Counted from the first letter of the whole stretch, positions 37,748 through 51,166 are shown. The stretch: DNA of 63,683 nucleotides, filler included, from Reticulomyxa filosa (GCA_000512085.1; 27 parts of 27 records of this genome joined end to end with filler, not necessarily neighbours in it), one strand, 5' to 3'. Numbers and translations: made by a program. The notes: generated by a model not told the origin, from the sequence alone.

Positions 37748-38057
37748 ATGAGCAACTCTAGCTTGGGTGATGCAATTTATGTAGTTCCATTAGTGTTGTT
37801 TGGTTTTATAATACTGTGTTGTGTGGGTCGTTTTTTGTTTGCGCCGTGGTTACGACGAGTGAATCGTCGAAGACAATACGATAAGCTGGGTTTTGATGGG
37901 AAGAAGCGAATGGAAATGAAAAACTTGCACACCGACTACGACGAATTGGACCTCGAAGAGGAAGAAGTGACCAGTGCGGGAGGAAACGTGCAGGGCACAA
38001 GAAGCGATTCAAGATTTGAAGAAGACGAGGAAGATGAAACGACATTAATGCAAACAG
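37748..38057 (+). CDS. Single-pass membrane protein with an acidic cytoplasmic tail (first exon)
   Basis: Hydrophobic AIYVVPLVLFGFIILCCVG, then a basic stop-transfer segment and an E/D-rich region. Confidence 0.55.
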
Positions 38058-38324
38058 TTTTTCAATTGTGTCAAAAAAAAAGGGGGGGGACTTTGCCCTT
38101 ATATCCTTTTTTTTTTTTTTTATAATGATCGATATGAATATTTACATATGTGTATATGTATATATACATATATGTATATATGTATATATTTTGTTTTAAT
38201 TTTGTTTACTTAATTTTTTTTTTTNNNNNNNNNNNNNNNNNNNNNNNNNNNNNNNNNNNNNNNNNNNNTTAATTAATTAANNNNNNNNNNNNNNNNNNNN
38301 NNNNNNNNNNNNNNNNNNNNNNNN

Positions 38325-41040
38325 GGAAATAACATTGACTGTGTCATAAGCAGTCTGGTTCATTACATCAAGAATTTTACACGAATGATGATCTTGTATA
38401 ATAGATTATATGGATAAACTTGGTCCGGTACATTTATATGAACATAAGTAGATGTAATTAACATGCTTGGAATAAGTCATGTGTGAATCAAGAAACAATC
38501 CAAGATACTTTACATGATCGCATTCCTTCAGATTTGATTGCCGCAATGTTAATTGCATCTTTGGGAATTTCCTTTGTTTTGATGTCTGAATGTGATGCAC
38601 TGCATCTTATCAGCTGCAAATAACATCTTCTATTTATTCGACCAAATTGATACTTCACCCAGACTTTGATGCAATCGATCATCCATTTCATCGATATCAC
38701 TTATAAATATCGATGTCCAAAGTGCCACGTCATCAGCAAACATTCCACATTGAATAAGTTGATGGATAACTGTTGGTAAACCGTTAATAACAATAAGAAC
38801 AATATTGAAGAACTCCAGTATTGCACAGAACAACATCTAGCAGTATTCAAAAAAGAAAATTTTTTTTAACTAGTAAAATTTTTGCTACAAGTTGAAAACT
38901 TTCATATATCTGATATTGCGATTACAAGATAATAAAAGAAACAACCAAAATGAACAATCAAAACAAAATGATATTAACAAGAAAGAATATCGAACAAAAT
39001 TGAGCCATTTTTCTATTAAATAAGCCGAAATGGCAATATCAACATTCACATGCTTTTCTTTAATAATAAATGTTTAAATTTATTTTTTATTTTAGTTTGC
39101 TAAAACTTCAACACTTAGAAAACAAGGCTCAGAGGATTAGCATTGCTCCTGTAATTCCCACTGATAATTCCACAGGGAAGAACCAATTTGTTTTCATAAC
39201 CGTTGGTTGATCTAGCCGTACAACCTTTGAGATTTTATTTATAGATCTTAAACTTTTGAAAAAAAAAGTTATATTTTGAAGGAAAACAAGCACAAAAAAA
39301 CTAGTTACTGAAAGAAGTTCGAAGTTAATCTTCGATTATTAACAAATGTCTCATAGCTTCAATGACTCCTTCTTTTGTAATATCACTCTGTTGAATATCA
39401 CTCAAACCAATGAACTTCATATCTAATGTCATTTTCAACAATTTCATAATGCTTTTCATTCACATCTTTTGAAGGTTGAGGGTTCCGCAAATGTCTTTGT
39501 CAATAGACACGCTTTGTCAGTATCTGATCTTGCCACTGAATTTGTCTCTTTGTTCACTAATACTGGTGTTCAATGCTTTGAATTGTGAATAAATTTCTTC
39601 ATGCAGCGAATTTATGCTATTTACCATATGTTGGTGCTTTTCTAATTGCAATTTCCTTCGTTAAGATTCCTTGGTGTTCTTTGCTTACGAAATTTGATTT
39701 TTGAACTATCTTTTGTAATCGACATAATCACCCACCATGGCTTGTTGCCTTTGCAAATCGTTATGATACAAATTGTCGCTTCTCCAGCTTCAACAACACA
39801 TTTGTCCAAGATTCGACCGCTTTGTCCAGTCTCAATCTTTTGTCGTTCAATTCGTAGTGAAGACCACGTGGTTTTGATTGAACGTGATTGGGAGATGATC
39901 TGAGTGCAATTACTAACCAATGGAAGAATAGACGATGGACATAATGTATATCAATGCTTGATATCGCATTGTCTTTCGTGAACGTGCAGTCAAATGCAAT
40001 GTATTGATAATGTGTAATCCATTGGATACAATGAAATCAAGAAACTCTCGCCCACATCGTCGATATTATGACTAACCGTGCAAGATGGTGTGCATTCCAA
40101 TCTCCTACAATGACAATGTATTCAGTCATTTTCATAGCAGATTGAATTCTTGAATATTGAAATGATTACACTGTAAATTTCGATAGAAACTACAGAATAA
40201 TAACGGTCTCAGGATATGAGACTTTCACCCAACAAAATTCATAACCAAATACATTGAATGTGTCAGGCATGTTATTGAATGATCGTGATGATGAATGCAA
40301 ATCTCTTTGGCATAACACTCCAGATCTCACTCCAGTGATGAACATAAAGATACTGTAAATTATAATTGATGTCCCTATTCTTTGATCTAAATCCTTCTTG
40401 CAATAAACAGATATATGCAAATTTTGTTCTAATGTTTGATGTTGTTCTGGAACACTAATAGACTGCTGCATATTGGTATTCGCAATGTTGATTTAATCTC
40501 TTGGTCGATTTCCAATCCCAATCTGGAATGCTGACTTAATCTCTGCTAATTCAAGTCTTAGCAATGAGATTTCATCGGTATCTTCTTTCTATTGAGGTCC
40601 ATTCTTGCTTTCATTTCCATTTGAAAGTATAAGAATAATTCTTTGGTTATCGCTGTATATTTGATTTAATTGGAATGGATTGAGATGCCTTCTTCAGGAA
40701 TGTATCTTCATTTCTTGTCAATTTAATACCAAGCTTTTCTCTTGATTTGCGATCACATTGCAATAAATCGCTTGGGTGCTTTCGGTATAACACATTTGTG
40801 TTTGCTTGGTCATTTTTATATCGACATTTTGCCGCTTAGTGATTTGCCAATCAGCAATACTTACATACTTTGCACTTCTTTGGGCATTTACGAACAATAT
40901 GGTTCAATCTGTAGCATTTCTTGCATTGCTTGAAATCGATTTTTGGTCTTGATTTGCTTTTGTCGAATGATCCCACTTTTACCATTGAATATCCAATCTG
41001 AAAAAAAATAAATAAATCAAAGCAAACTCTCCCATCATCA
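38325..41040 (-). mobile_element. Degenerate LINE (ORF1 zinc knuckles, APE endonuclease, RT), internally deleted
   Basis: CKKCYRLNHIVRKC and a second CKYC..H..C knuckle (~40800-40930). APE motifs IVIVGDWNAHH and FCWVKV (~39840-40490). RT motifs GMFADDVALW and VKYLGLFLDS (~38480-38760). Many stops and frameshifts. Confidence 0.9.
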
Positions 41041-41438
41041 AAGACTAACTCAAATAAGTGGGCAAGTGAGATTTTGAGAAAAAGGTGGAGATAAAGCCCC
41101 AAACAACCTCAATGGACATTCTGGCCATGTCAACATTGAAGATAAGATTAGGCCAAAGAAGCGCAGTTCAGTGAAACCGGACAAAAAGAAACCATTAGTG
41201 TGGTCGGGTTCGGCGTCGGCCCCCGAGGGCGAGAAACATCTTTCAACTACCCGAAGCAACGATAATTCCCTGAAAGGCCCTGAAGAAAATTTTTTTTTTT
41301 AATTATCCTTAAGAAGAAAGAGGTGTTGCAGCAGAATGNNNNNNNNNNNNNNNNNNNNNNNNNNNNNNNNNNNNNNNNNNNNTTAATTAATTAANNNNNN
41401 NNNNNNNNNNNNNNNNNNNNNNNNNNNNNNNNNNNNNN

Positions 41439-41478
<40 letters not shown>

Positions 41479-41499
41479 GGGTGAGAGAAGATAATAATA

Positions 41500-42479
41500 C
41501 CATCGTGAACGAATGGAACGACGGTAAGCAAAGTAAGATTGTCCCAATCAACTTGGGTATAATTGAAGGAAGTAGCATAGGATTGGCCAAATAACTGGTA
41601 ATGTTTGTTCCACAAGGTAATGTACTTCAAGCAGACCTTTTTTGGCACAATACGTACCGTCGCATACTCTAATGTGCCTGTCGACCGTCCTCCATCTGCT
41701 TTCAATCCGTATCCAAGCAACTGCACTTTTTCCTCATCTTTACAGCAATCTTATTTAATTACGTTAACATTTAAAAAAACACATACACACGCGCATATAG
41801 CTTCACTCAAAGCAAAAGGGACAACAAAATTTACGAACAAAACAGCACAAAACTGGTGTCATTATGCAAATGCGCAACATGATTGGCGCTATTGGTATGC
41901 ACTCCGTCGGTCATTAAAATTAACGCAATGTCATTCTGAAAGGTTGTATTGTCAAACTTTGAATGGGTGTACCACTCTTTCCAAACTAATGTGTGATAGC
42001 CTGCTTCTTTGCGATCTCTCAAATGGGTATGTCCAATGTCTGCCTTCAATACAAACGCCCCTTTATGTTGTCTTGTCAATTGCTTTTTAATGTTTGGATA
42101 TAAACAATGTGCTGCTGTCTAACTTTTTATTTAATTATCATTGCAATCGGCTATGGTGGTTCACTTCTGATAAAAGGAAAAGGAAGAAGAACAAAAACAT
42201 CCTCTGGCACAAAGAAAAGTGGCTAATTTGTCGTCCTTGTTTTTTTTATACCAAAACAATTGCTGGAGAAGAGGATTTGATCAGACTTCCCCCACAAAAA
42301 TCCACACGGATTGGATACTTCTCCCCGTATAGTGCTGCCATCCAGGGATACTCTTGCCCGTTTGTTGGGGTGCCATATACAATACGACGTGTTCTGTGGG
42401 AATTGACTTGCTCTTGCGCTGCACTTTGATTGTAGAAAACAATCAACGTCACTAAAATCAAACAAATTACGGAAGGCAT
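41500..42479 (-). CDS. Secreted trypsin/chymotrypsin-like serine protease (S1A), multi-exon, 3' truncated
   Basis: Signal peptide, RTRR|IVYG activation site, YPWMAAL, FCGGSLI, TAAHC (exon starting ~42119), NDIALI and LGYG...LEYATV. The catalytic Ser motif lies beyond the contig end. Confidence 0.9.
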
Positions 42480-43624
42480 TATCAGTCAAAATTGAGTTTT
42501 CTTTTTTTGATTATACTAGTCGTGTTGGTTCTTTTAAACAATGTGACAAGTATCTCACAGCAACCCAATTGCAGTTAAAACAAACCTTTGTTAAAATATT
42601 CCAATATGGCGACGTGGTCGTTTACCAAAATTACCTGTCGCAAGACATTTCTAGAAATTTCTTAAAAAAACAAATTCAATGATTATAATTGTAAAAAGTT
42701 GCTTTGTTTGAATGTCTTAGATAAATTTCGATTAGGTTAAGCAAGTGAAATCAATGTGGTACTTAAATTTAGCTTGGATAAATAGATTGGCTGTAGTCAT
42801 CAAAGAAATATGTGATATTATTTAGTTTGTATTAAATCAATCATTGAAGTCAAGAAATGGTTAATGCAAAAGTGTATTACAGAAATTTTTTCAGAGAACA
42901 ATAGGCAAGCAATGTAACAAAGAGAAACAGTTATTTTAATTTTAATTTAAATTTTTGCTTTTCTTTAGCATGGTTTAAATTGTTTGGCCATATTTTTGTT
43001 TTTTGACAACATAAAATGTATATGATATCTTTTTAATTTTTTTTTGTTGATAAATTAGTAAAACTTATGTTTTTACGTACACAATATTTTTTTATAATAG
43101 GAATTTTTGGATTTGTCTTTATTGATTTATCATATTTTCTAAATACAGCTTTGGCTTGCTTAGATCGATTAAATGAATTAATACGTATATTTAAACATAT
43201 GTATGCATAGTAGTTTGATGATAATTTCGTCAAACGAAGAGGAACTGGATTTAAAATCTGGATCAGAGCTTAGAAAAATGAAAATATAATAATATTATAA
43301 TTTTCACCTGATTGTAACAAGCCAAGCAAAAACAATCAGATTGTATGGTTTAAATTCTGGAAAGAAATCTAAAAAACAGAAGCATTTCAAAAGCTGTAAC
43401 ACATAATTTTTATATGGCAGAATGGGCAATACAAATAATTAAAATCAATTTTCTACAAATAGTTTGTATATCGCTTCTTGTTCATTTGATACAGCAATTC
43501 AAATATGATAATTGGAATACACTTNNNNNNNNNNNNNNNNNNNNNNNNNNNNNNNNNNNNNNNNNNNNTTAATTAATTAANNNNNNNNNNNNNNNNNNNN
43601 NNNNNNNNNNNNNNNNNNNNNNNN

Positions 43625-44066
43625 TAATACAATTCGATTATGGAATGTATTAACTGGAAAACAAATACAAATATTACAAGGACATTTAAATAGTATACGA
43701 GGAATAATATTTTCATCAAATGGTTCTAAAATTATTTCATATTCAGATGATAAAACTATTCGAATATGGGATATATCTTTAGGAAAACAAATTCAATTAT
43801 TAGAAGGACATAATGGAAATATTTATTGTATTCATTTATCACCTGATGGTTCGAAATTAGTATCAGGTTCTCATGATAAAACAATTCGATTATGGAGTAG
43901 TGATAATGGTAAAATTATTGATGTAACTAAGACTAATGTGGTGAATTGTATTTGGAAAGTAGGTACTCAAAGTGGTTTATCAATGAAAGATAGTATTTGG
44001 AAAAACACAAAGGGTTTGGAAGATGAACAAAAATTTCTTGTAAAACAACGTGGTGGAATATTTTGA
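43625..44066 (+). CDS. WD40-repeat protein, C-terminal end (missing from the ORF track because it has no start)
   Basis: IRLWNV...LQGH...SDDKTIRIWD...LEGH...SPDGSKLVSGSHDKTIRLW, ending LVKQRGGIF followed by TGA at 44064-44066. Confidence 0.92.
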
Positions 44067-44355
44067 TGTTATTGTTTTTTTGTTTGAAAATGATTTTATT
44101 ATCTTTTTATCCAATCAAAACAAATTTTTCACCAAACACGGATTAAATCTTTGCATATAATATAAAAATTTTGTTTGTTGGTATCTAATATCTTTCCCAA
44201 AAAAACTAATTTGACCAACGAAAATTTTTGTAGATGATAATAATACAAGAATTAAAAATAATACGTATTAAAACAATTATTCTCTTGGAGAATAAAAACA
44301 ATTAAGTTCCATGATTTTTTTAAAAAGAATACTTTTTTTGAACCTTTATTTCATC

Positions 44356-45880
44356 ATGCTTACACAACTTCAACAATCATTCCCTGACACGAGTGAAGAG
44401 ATCATTTCAGATATACTGAAATGGTTCAAGCAAAATGTTGAAAAGACAAAAGATGTTTTAACATGGCTAACAGAGAACACGTAACAAAAAATTTTATTTT
44501 ATTTTATAATTTTTTTTTATAACAAAAATATTACACAATTTTAACATAGCAAAAATTTACAGCATCAATACCATTTAGTGATGTTATTCAAAGATTTTGG
44601 CACTAAATTGGAAAAAATAATGATATCACAAACATGGAAAAATTATAATCAAATTTATATTGACACACGAGAGAAATTAAAAAATATTTGTGCAACTTCC
44701 AACTTAAATGAGTTAAATAATATAACATATATAAAATATATCACATAAGAAAATAATTTATAATCCATGATAGATTGAAAGAAGGAAATGAATTAAAAAT
44801 ATCTCGAGAAATGTGTTTGCATATTTTGTGGAATATTTTGAAATATCCTAAACATATAAAATATCATCAAATTAATAAACAAGCTTTATACAACTATTTA
44901 TCTTTGAAATGTCATACATTAGGTATAGAATTGGAACAAATATATACAGATATAGAAAATTGGCTAGAAAATATTGGATTCAAAAAAGGATATGATGATA
45001 ATTGGTATTATCAATATGATCATATTCCTTTTTCATGGTTGTGGAAATGTTACTTATATTGGATTACTCAACAAACTATGTATTTGTTATACTATATATG
45101 TTTATTTTATTATTTACATAAATAATATAATTAATTATTTTAAATAGATATAAAACAAGATCTCATATTCCAAAAAGAGTATATATGTTATCAAATGGAA
45201 AATGGAAATATTATGAAAGTGTATTTGATTATGAACATCGAACAATAATGTTATTTGATGAAAATAAATTTAAAATAAAATCATTACAAGTTGGAAATCC
45301 AAAAAAATCATCATTGGAATTTAATGTCCATATTCAATGGTATAATGATATTGATATCAATCACACACATTCCAAATGGGCTTGCCTCATTCTCAATCAT
45401 ATTTGGCATTTTCGTACATTAAAAAATATATATATATGTGATTTGTCAAATTGTGTATCAGTTAATGAAAGCAAAAATATATAAATATCTTTTGTCAATT
45501 ATCAAATATTTGTACATGTATATTTCAAATATATAGGAGTTCAATTCTTTCCATGTCATTTGGAAAGATAGAGATAATAGAACACACAAAGAATCATTGA
45601 ATCCATATTCAATGACTTTCAAACAAGGAATACAACATGTAAAACATAAATTACAAATGAGAGATCATTTTATATTTGGAGCAGATGAATTAATATTATT
45701 TGAATGTGAATTTGACAAATTTAAACCGGCAATATCATCAAAATTGAATGATTCAGATGTATTATTACATGATATTTATAAACATCTTCCTCATTATCCA
45801 ATTATTCAAGTACATTGGGAAATATTATCTGTATTTATGGTACCCTACAAACGCACAATTAGTATTGAAAGAAATAATTT
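44356..45880 (+). CDS. Multi-exon protein with a CUE-like N-terminus and a PUB-like domain, 3' truncated
   Basis: MLTQLQQSFPDTSEEIISDIL is CUE-like. ILWNILKYPKHIKYHQIN...LENIGF is PUB-like. Several short GT..AG introns. Confidence 0.65.
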
Positions 45881-46639
45881 NNNNNNNNNNNNNNNNNNNN
45901 NNNNNNNNNNNNNNNNNNNNNNNNTTAATTAATTAANNNNNNNNNNNNNNNNNNNNNNNNNNNNNNNNNNNNNNNNNNNNTATAAAAGCTAATATAAAAA
46001 TAAATAAATAGATAAACTTGATATGTTCGTTTTGCTGATGTTGAAATTTTCTTGGATGAAATTTATCATTACTTGCACTAGTTTCGATTTTTTCCTCATT
46101 TGCTGACTTTTTTACCAACCAACCTTTTTTTTAATCATTTGTTTGTTAGTTTTATTATATTGCCAGTAGCCATGTCATCACAATGTTTGATTCGTTCAAG
46201 GAAAAAAAAAACTAAGTACACACAAATAATTTTTGTGGATTACCATTTTCCAGCACCATGTGCAAAATCGGAAAGATTTAGTCTTGCGTTGGCAAGCAAA
46301 AATTTTCCACATTTGGGGTAGAAGACCATTTGCAAACAATTGCATAGAGTCGCCAATTTTTTTCACAGATGCGACAGTATTGAAAGTATATGTTTTAGTG
46401 ACGATTTTTGTGAGATCCATTTCTTCCTTTGGTTGAAAAAGAAAAAATTATTTTTGTAGATCCCCTAATTTGGATAAACTTTTCTCTACAATTGAATATT
46501 CTATTTTTTTTTTTGCCAATGAAATATTTTCTAAAAAAAAAACAACTTTTTTGAAATGTTAAACTTGGTGGAAAATATACATATACGTATATACATACAT
46601 GTATATGTGCATGTAATGTGCATAAAGAACTTGACCTTC

Positions 46640-47025
46640 ACCACGCCAGGACATCAATTTGTGCACAACACGGATAACCTCAAACCCAATGTTCTCTCCC
46701 TCTCGATTGCAATCCAACCAAAGCAACAGGTAGTCCACATTTTTCCCCATTTCTGCAAGTGTCTCACCATTTCCCCCCCTGATACAGGCTTCACCCTGTT
46801 AGCGCGTAAAATAACTCGCTCGGGTCACAGCTATTCCAATCGCGATACTCGTGTGAAAAGTCCATCTCGGATATGTGTCCTGTCACATCCGTACATTTAA
46901 ATTGCACATTTTTGTTCCCGAAGGCCCTCGCCATGTGTGCACAGGAATGCACATCTTGCGAGTCTCATAGAGGCCTCTTGCCAAGGCAATTGAGTGCTTT
47001 TCTGCAACTATTAAACAGGTACTGA
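46640..47025 (-). pseudogene. TOP3B: DNA topoisomerase III beta N-terminal (Toprim) pseudogene fragment
   Basis: CLIVAEKHSIA, VTGHISEMDF...WNSCDPSELF and DYLLLWLDCNREGENIGFEVI. It has several frameshifts and an internal deletion, and the DxD motif reads DCN. Confidence 0.85.
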
Positions 47026-47299
47026 CATTTGTTTCAATAATAAGGTTTTTTTATTATTATTACCCCCACTTATCAAGTTCGTTTAATTTTGAAATTCCAA
47101 CAACGAGAGTACAAGTTAAAATTTAGTTGATGAAAGATTATGTGAAAATGCCATACTTTACAATGGTAAAAAAAAATGACATTAACAATCCTTTATTTTA
47201 AGGGTTTTTTTTAACACGTACAAACGTCTAAGAAATTTTGATAATCTTCGCAAGAAACAACAAGCATAGGAAAGAGGTGAACATCTGCGAGAGTGACAT

Positions 47300-47765
47300 T
47301 GAAAGACTTGTGTGAAATATGACGAAACTCTGAAACGGGTGAATAAAAAAAATGCATATAGAGTGAACTTTATGAAAAAGATAATCCATCTAAAAAACGT
47401 GGATATAGATATATCGATATGGGTCAAAAAGACTTTAGCACATTAATGCCATTAGTGTGCAGTAAAGCCAAATTAGTGCTATTTGCCTTGGATTTGACAT
47501 CAAAGCAATCTCTACATTCTGTGAAGATATGGTACAAAGAAGCGATGAAAGAAAATAAAGTATGTTTATTTATATTTTATCATTCTTTTTTCAAGAAAAA
47601 AAATGAGAGGACAAAAGGAAAAATCCTTTAAAAAAAAGAGTAATGTTGTACGTATTTACAAACTTTTTTTTTAAAAAAAGGTGTTTATGACATTACTAAT
47701 TGGAAAAATATGATTTGTTTGATGGACTTCCAGATACGTATAAACTGCAAATCAAACAAATAAAA
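47300..47765 (+). pseudogene. SPG1: Spg1/Tem1-family small GTPase pseudogene fragment
   Basis: VNFMKKIIHLKNVDIDISIW, GQKDFSTLMPLVC...LFALDLTSKQSLHSVKIWYKEA, intron 47560-47680, then LIGK.YDLF. The DLG of G3 is deleted with a frameshift and no P-loop is present. Confidence 0.8.
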
Positions 47766-49754
47766 TCGTGAATGGATTCCTGCTTGTTCAATTGTAAAAT
47801 CCAATTTTTGTCAAAGCAAGTCTGTTGTTCAATAATTGAGTTCAAGTCCAATTTTGCATTGTCTTTGCTTTTTTCTNNNNNNNNNNNNNNNNNNNNNNNN
47901 NNNNNNNNNNNNNNNNNNNNTTAATTAATTAANNNNNNNNNNNNNNNNNNNNNNNNNNNNNNNNNNNNNNNNNNNNTTGGAAGGATGATAATCTCCATAT
48001 AAAATATTTTGCACATTCATCAAAATTGCATATCTGCTAGTATAACGACGATGACGAGTAGTGATATCCAAGCACTTGCAAGTTGTTTTTACTGCTGTTG
48101 TTGTTACTATTGCTATTGTAAAATTTGGGGAACAGCATCTGTTGCTTCGATGAATGAATAACACCAACACTGTTTTGGTAGTTTTGTTTGTTCTTGTCCT
48201 CACCGAAAAACGAAGATGAGGTCCCATTGAAATCGCGATGATAATAGTGATAAAGTGCCACGACATCCCAGAGACAAGCAGCCAGATGTTCACAAACAAA
48301 ATGCCAAAACCTTCAAAATGAAAAAGGCTCAGGCAGACGCGCCAACAAGTTCAAAATTTAAAAGCGAGCCACAAGGTGATTTTAATCCAATTTCAAAAAG
48401 TAAAGTTGCAGAAACAGTAGTGTTTGCTCAGCTATTGAAGTTGTTCAATATTTGATAATAGGGATTCTTGGGAAGTTGTTTTTTATCCTTAACATTATAT
48501 CTATTTACAGAATAAGACCTATTTTATTGAACTTGGTCTAATTATTGCTCTATTTTATCGATTTTATAGCGTGTTTAATTTATACACTATCATGGCTTTT
48601 ACGATTTATTATTGGCAATTTCCAACATGAAATCAGCAACAGAGACATTTCTGTTGCATTGTATTTTTGGTTCCATATTGACAAAACATCCTATCATCTA
48701 CGAGATCCTTGGACATCTCAATTTTACTGTACCACTGCCTTCGCTATAGGTAATCCATCTATTTAAAACAAATACACACGTTTGTTCGATAAGTATTAAA
48801 CTGATCGATTTGGATAGGAATTTTGTATGGGACTGCTTCACTAAGCGTGACACACAATAAACATGCGACCATTTGGATTGTTTGTGATACTTTGATGCAT
48901 TTGTTGTTTTTTCAAAATGGGAAAATTTCTTCTCTTCATATTTTCTGTTTGTATTAGCTGCAACTTTCGGAAATACTTTAAAATGAATTTTAGAAAATTG
49001 GAAGATTAATTAAGGAAAAGCAAATAACTAGATTGAATCTCAAAGTCTGACAGTTGCAAGTGTTTGTAATAAAGTGCAAAACGAAATCTTCAAGACGTAA
49101 AGCGACGGAGGAAGTAACAAGTTAGTCGAAACGGCCTGCAAACAATATGAAAACAATTGTTTTCGGTAGTACCAAGACTCTTTTCATAAAGTTAATGCTT
49201 TCTATCAGCACCTAAAAAATCTCTTGGCGTCACAAAACAATTTGCATTACTCTTATTTTAATTTCGTTGCTACATCATCTGTATTCATTTTCTTAATTCT
49301 GCTTGTTCGATATTTTTCTACATCGTCTCTTTTTCTATTGCATAAAGTTTGCTTATATACGCCAAGGAAATGATGAAGAGCAACTCTTGAGAAGAAATAT
49401 TTTGATTCGCTATTTTTTTTTCTACACATTAAAAACGAATGATGATTTTTGCATTTATTCAAAAGAAGACAAATAATTTTGTCAGTGATTTTTTAATCTT
49501 CTAGCTTATGTGCAATGTTCATCACATAATTCTGGAACAGGAGATCGGAGAACCAAGCTACGCCATCAAGGATTTTAGTTAATNNNNNNNNNNNNNNNNN
49601 NNNNNNNNNNNNNNNNNNNNNNNNNNNTTAATTAATTAANNNNNNNNNNNNNNNNNNNNNNNNNNNNNNNNNNNNNNNNNNNNGGGTCAGACAAAAGCAG
49701 ATAATAATAATAATAATAATAAAAATAAAAATAATAAAATGGAACGCGGAATAG

Positions 49755-51066
49755 CTGCGCGCCACATGGGGGAAAGGAGACAAAGTACAAATATTTTCCA
49801 ATAGTCACCAGGAATGGTATACAGCAGAAATAATAGACATACTGAAAGATGAAGAAGGAGAATGGCTTAATGTTGTTTGGCATCGAGATAACGGCGAAGC
49901 GATGTCCAAGCAAGTTCAAAGATATTCCACAGATGTTCGCCCCGTTCAGGTTATCTTTATATACACAACATATGTGTATATAAATTTAAAAAATGTCCAA
50001 ATTCTTTTGTCTTCTTTTTCCAACACGTTTGTAACAAACAATGGGATAAGCTTTGCCTATGCATATGTTTGTGCGTGTAACGTAATTGTAACATGATATA
50101 AAAGGGTACTGCAAAAGAAAGCGAGAGTAAAAAGCAAGTCGAGGAGAAGAAAGTCAATTCCAAATCTTTGGAAGACGAAATCAAACAAAGAAGGCAAGGG
50201 TACAAGCGAAGAGCACCACCATTTGCTCGCACGTGCACAGGAGTATTGTGGCAATATCCAGCCACGCAAAGCTTTCGTCGAGCCAAGAAATTGGACAATG
50301 TTGAAGAAGCAGAGGACGAAGTTTATTTCCAAATTATCAATTTTCATTACTTTGACTCTTTTTTTTTTTTTTTTTTGCGTGTATTTGATAATGTCATGTA
50401 ATAAGTAAATAAATAAATAATATAAAGGATGATAATCCAAGTGGTATGGAGAAGTGGAACGCAGAACAAGTAAGCACGTGGTTGAAGAATGCCGGTAGTG
50501 CCTATGAAAAGTATATCCCAAAATTCCGCTCCGTTCGAGGGAGCAAACTGAAACAGATGACGGAAGATGACTTTTGTGGAATAGGCCTACCGAAATTGCA
50601 TGCTGTCAAACTATCGCTGGAAATACAAAAACTAATCGACAAGTCCATTGCCAAGGTAAACACTTTATTCGTTGTAATGACATATACACATACACAATGT
50701 ATATACAAAAAAAATATATATGTATATTAGATTTCGTTTTCACAAAAAATAAATATAAACTGAATTTTAAAAAAAAAAAAAAAAAAAAAAACGATAACAA
50801 ATAAATGGTATGTATATGTGTATATAAATAATATAGGGAGTGACGGATACAGACGTATTAAATTGGAACAGTGCAAGTGTTACAAAGTGGACACAAACGC
50901 AACCTCCTTTGGATCAATATGCTTCGAAACTTGAAGCTCATGGCATCGACGGCATGATGCTGCTTGAGCTGGCCGGCGACGATCTTGCCATCATTGGAAT
51001 CAAACCTTCGCACCGTGAGAAGATCTTAGACATTCTTCGCAACTTTGCGAAGCAGACTTTTCCAGA
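49755..51066 (+). CDS. Multi-exon protein with a Tudor/SH3-like beta module and two SAM domains (partial)
   Basis: Exon 49755-49949 reads WGKGDKVQIFSNSHQEWYTAEIIDILKDEEGEWLNVVW...KQVQR...VRP. SAM1 is KWNAEQVSTWL...LKQMTEDDFCGIGL. SAM2 is NWNSASVTKW...HGIDGMMLLELAGDDLAIIGI. Confidence 0.85.
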
Positions 51067-51166
51067 NNNNNNNNNNNNNNNNNNNNNNNNNNNNNNNNNN
51101 NNNNNNNNNNTTAATTAATTAANNNNNNNNNNNNNNNNNNNNNNNNNNNNNNNNNNNNNNNNNNNN

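Noticed and set aside
41140-41290. GC-rich hairpin-forming stretch upstream of the LINE ORF1, as an HDV-like or hammerhead ribozyme
   Set aside because: I could not fit the HDV P1-P4 pseudoknot or a CUGANGA/GAAA core. The + strand reads as an open, protein-like frame, so an unrelated coding fragment is more likely.
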